Origin: Pirellulales bacterium
Lineage (GTDB): Bacteria > Planctomycetota > Planctomycetia > Pirellulales > PALSA-1355
NCBI GenBank assembly: GCA_963733035.1
Contig: CAVTBU010000002.1
Span: 27,273 to 91,272, forward strand
Direction of reading: 5' to 3'
Length of the DNA: 64,000 bases
Shown: in pieces, positions 61,164-64,000 of the stretch
How the letters are laid out: every line of letters starts with the position of its first letter
Position numbering within the stretch: the stretch's first letter is position 1
The notes under the pieces: model-generated
What the model saw: the letters and a program-made list of their open reading frames with translations, nothing else
Databases searched by the model: none
What the model was told of the DNA's origin: nothing
Program-made: the position numbers and the translations under genes

Positions 61164-61583
61164 ATGGCGACGGCTTATTACACGCCGCGAAACACGCATT
61201 CGCTGCTGGTGGGCTACGTGGTGTGGCTGTTTGGCATCTTCGGCGCCCACCGCTTCTACTATGGCAGGCCGATCACCGGCACGATCTGGTTCTTCACCTT
61301 CGGCCTCTTGCTGGTCGGGTGGATCATCGACCTGTTTCTCATCCCTTCGATGGACCGAGAGGCCGATTGGCGCTACGCACCCGGCCCACTCGACTACACC
61401 GTGGCCTGGATCCTGCTGACGTTCCTGGGGGTGTTCGGCGTGCACCGCTTCTACCTGGGCAAGTGGCTCACCGGTATCCTCTGGCTGCTGACCGGCGGAC
61501 TCTTGGGCCTCGGCTGGCTCTTCGACCTGTGGACCCTCAATGAGCAAGTCGATGCGATCAACCGCCAATACGAAGTTGCGTGA
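61164..61583 (+). CDS. TM2 (NINE) domain protein, two tandem TM2 domains
   Basis: FGIFGAHRFYYG...W.IDL and FLGVFGVHRFYLGK...W.FDL; GGAGG RBS. Confidence 0.92.
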   Translation: MATAYYTPRNTHSLLVGYVVWLFGIFGAHRFYYGRPITGTIWFFTFGLLLVGWIIDLFLIPSMDREADWRYAPGPLDYTVAWILLTFLGVFGVHRFYLGKWLTGILWLLTGGLLGLGWLFDLWTLNEQVDAINRQYEVA

Positions 61584-61626
61584 CCGGCCCTCGAGTTCAA
61601 CAAAGACTGAAGTCGCGCGAATTTCC

Positions 61627-62469
61627 TCAGCGACGCCCGCGACGAACGACTAAGAGCGCCACCGTTGCGCAAGCCAACAATCCAAGACTGGTCGGTTCAG
61701 GTACGGCGGACAAATGGAGCCGCGGGTCGCCTACGATGATCTGATCGAGAAGAAAGTCATCACCAGCATTAGTCGAAACTAGTGTCAAAAATTGACTGCT
61801 CGACGTAAGCGGGACATCGATCGAATAACCGGTTCCTCCAGGCGAGTTAGTTTGGCTCTGCACCAGCGCGCCATCCACAAATACCCACCAGTCGGCTGTC
61901 CCGTATCCGCCGACCAAATGACTTAAGCCTGCAACTCCAGTAAAACGGTCCAATGCGTAGCCTGGGTTTGCAGCTTCAATTGCCTGCAAGTCGAACGTGA
62001 TTCCCTTGTTCGCGTGCAAACCAATTAGAGAATGCGAACCGCTGGCATAGTCGACGGCATCGAGCATGGTGCCGGAATTTTGATTTGCTCCGTCGCGAAT
62101 CAAGTCCCACGATAGGCTGTCGGTGTTGGGAAACTGCGAGTAGTTGTGGCCCGCCGAGTCCAGCGTCACAGCACCCGCTCCACCATCTGGAATGAAAACG
62201 CCATCGACAAAGTTGACTCCCGAAGCGTGGTAGCTGTTCGCGTTGTCAGACTGAGAGATCTGATACACCCCCGGAAAGATGGTACTGCCGTTCGAGGGAT
62301 CGATCCCGGCGCCCGCCGTGCCTGTCCCTGCGCCGTTTCCGCCCCCCACGATGTCGGCCAAACTGATTTGCAGTTCGGTCGCCGACGCTCGGCTGGCCAA
62401 GAGCATGACGGACAGAACTGCCAACGCATGAACTTCTCGGCGAGCGATCGCGGCAATGTGCGTGTTCAT
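61627..62469 (-). CDS. PEP-CTERM protein with an NPCBM/NEW2-like carbohydrate-binding region
   Basis: Signal peptide; LADIVGGGNG.GTG, VDGVFIPDG, GLHANKGITFDL and FLTLVST motifs; VPEPT, TM helix and RRGRR. Confidence 0.85.
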   Translation of the reverse strand: MNTHIAAIARREVHALAVLSVMLLASRASATELQISLADIVGGGNGAGTGTAGAGIDPSNGSTIFPGVYQISQSDNANSYHASGVNFVDGVFIPDGGAGAVTLDSAGHNYSQFPNTDSLSWDLIRDGANQNSGTMLDAVDYASGSHSLIGLHANKGITFDLQAIEAANPGYALDRFTGVAGLSHLVGGYGTADWWVFVDGALVQSQTNSPGGTGYSIDVPLTSSSQFLTLVSTNAGDDFLLDQIIVGDPRLHLSAVPEPTSLGLLACATVALLVVRRGRR

Positions 62470-62789
62470 TAGACGTCCTTTGGTTCTTTGTACGAATTCT
62501 CGTTGATCGATTCGTGGTGGCGGACGAATTGTAAGTACCCAAAGCCCCCTGCCACGGGTCGGTGCAATCGGGAGGTTTCCGGCGCGTGCCTTCGTCGGCA
62601 CGTCTCCCAACTCACCGTGCCATCACTACCGCGAGCGGCCAGCCTTTGATGTTAGAAGCCGCCCTCCCAACTATAAGCGACCGGCCATCGCAGTGCACCT
62701 TGCTCGAGACGGGCGCATGATTTCCGCGATATCGCCTTCGAACACCAGAGATCAGAGACACTCTTTGTTGCAACCCTAGCGAGAATTGT

Positions 62790-63662
62790 CTACTTCGCCA
62801 GTTCCAATCCCGCGGCCACGGCGGCGACGATCTTGTCGGTGAGGCTGACGAAGAGTTTGGCGTCGGCTGGTGCCGGGCTCAACTGCGGTGGGCTGGCCGG
62901 ATCGCTTGTCGGCAGTTCGCGGACGACCATCGTGCCAATGTCGCACACGCCGTAGTACGCCTTGACCTGGCTGCCGGTCGCGCTGCGGGCTTCGCGCTGC
63001 AGGTCGAACGAAGCAATGGCCGCGTTCAAGTAGACGGAGGCCTCGATCAGCGCTTCGCGATACGCGGCGTGCTCATGAACGAGATGGCCGCATTGACGTT
63101 CGAAACCGTTGGCCGCGCCGCGGACGGCGATCATGATCCGATCGATCAAGCTTCGCAACGGGTGCGTCAGCGCGATGTCAGCGAAGTCGTCGGGGCTCAA
63201 ATAGGCGTCGACAGCCGCCGTGACGGCCCCGCAGCCGGTGTGTCCCAGCACAACAACCGCTTTCAGGCTGCCCCCCAACTGCCGCACGGCATAATCGAAG
63301 CTGCCGATGCACTCGGTTCCCAACACGTTGCCGGCGATGCGGATCACAAACAGGTCGTTAAACGTCTGGTCGAACACCGACTCGATGGGCACCCGAGCAT
63401 CGGAGCAGCCAAGCACCAGCGCGAACGGTGCCTGATCGCAGGGCGCGCCTGGCAAGAACGGAAGTCCCATGGAAACCAGGTCGACGGGGACCACATTCGA
63501 TCTGCCGGCGCCATCTCCATCGAGGGCGGCATGCTGCATTTGCTCGATCAGATCGATGAGCCGCCGGTTGCCGTCCAACAGCACGCCGATCGCGGCTTCA
63601 GCACTTCCCGGCCGGCGAACAGTAACCGGTTGATATGGATCGTAACGGTAGATGAGTTCCAT
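62790..63662 (-). CDS. Beta-class carbonic anhydrase
   Basis: LGCSDARVP, RIAGNV and LGHTGCGAV zinc-ligand motifs. Confidence 0.9.
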   Translation of the reverse strand: MELIYRYDPYQPVTVRRPGSAEAAIGVLLDGNRRLIDLIEQMQHAALDGDGAGRSNVVPVDLVSMGLPFLPGAPCDQAPFALVLGCSDARVPIESVFDQTFNDLFVIRIAGNVLGTECIGSFDYAVRQLGGSLKAVVVLGHTGCGAVTAAVDAYLSPDDFADIALTHPLRSLIDRIMIAVRGAANGFERQCGHLVHEHAAYREALIEASVYLNAAIASFDLQREARSATGSQVKAYYGVCDIGTMVVRELPTSDPASPPQLSPAPADAKLFVSLTDKIVAAVAAGLELAK

Positions 63663-63875
63663 GTTCGTCCGGAGCCGTGGTAAATAGGCGAAGGGAAATT
63701 CGATCGAACGATCAAAAGGCGCCGCACAATCATAACGCATCCGTGGCAATTCGCCAGCGATTGGGCGAAGAACCAGCCGAACTTATTCTTGCTCAAGAAG
63801 GACCGAAAGGTTAGGACATGAAAGGGCTGGAATTTGTAGCCTCCGCAGCACTCGACGGCTAGCCAAATCAATCAA

Positions 63876-64000
63876 ATGAAATCCCAAACCGAATACCTCA
63901 CCTTCAATCTCCCTGCCCGGATGGCATTTCAGAACATCACGCCGGAGGTCGAACGCATCGTGCGCGAGAGTGGCGTGCGGGAAGGCCTGGTGCTGGTCAA
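63876..64000 (+). CDS. yjbQ: YjbQ/UPF0047 family protein (5' part, truncated by the window end)
   Basis: [41 protein letters not shown], typical YjbQ N-terminus. Confidence 0.8.
   Translation, partial: MKSQTEYLTFNLPARMAFQNITPEVERIVRESGVREGLVLV

Overview
GC-rich bacterial chromosomal segment, almost certainly Planctomycetota and probably Pirellulales. This rests on DUF1559 prepilin-like proteins, DUF1501, a PVC-type CxxCH heme protein, two PEP-CTERM proteins, a planctomycete-type Ser/Thr kinase and a BlaI/M56-HEAT pair. About 55 CDS and one tRNA-Arg(TCT) are supported. I saw no rRNA, CRISPR array, integrase, transposase or prophage. Most notable: (1) a soluble DisA_N-type diadenylate cyclase with a long N-terminal sensor-like region, followed closely by an 88-aa SHOCT-like/PC4-like protein (54665-56322), a candidate uncharacterised c-di-AMP signalling or defence module; (2) a PHM-like copper monooxygenase fused to thioredoxin and cytochrome c, plus a Tat-exported PAL-like NHL protein, each keeping its catalytic residues and lying about 4 kb apart with an ABC exporter between them, a possible split bacterial PAM-like amidation system; (3) clear promoter/operator architectures, namely a BlaI box in the blaI promoter spacer and a Fur/Zur-like 21-bp palindrome at a DUF1559 promoter; (4) three same-sense frameshifts in otherwise intact genes, probably systematic sequencing errors. 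Family assignments come from motif recognition by eye, not from database searches.
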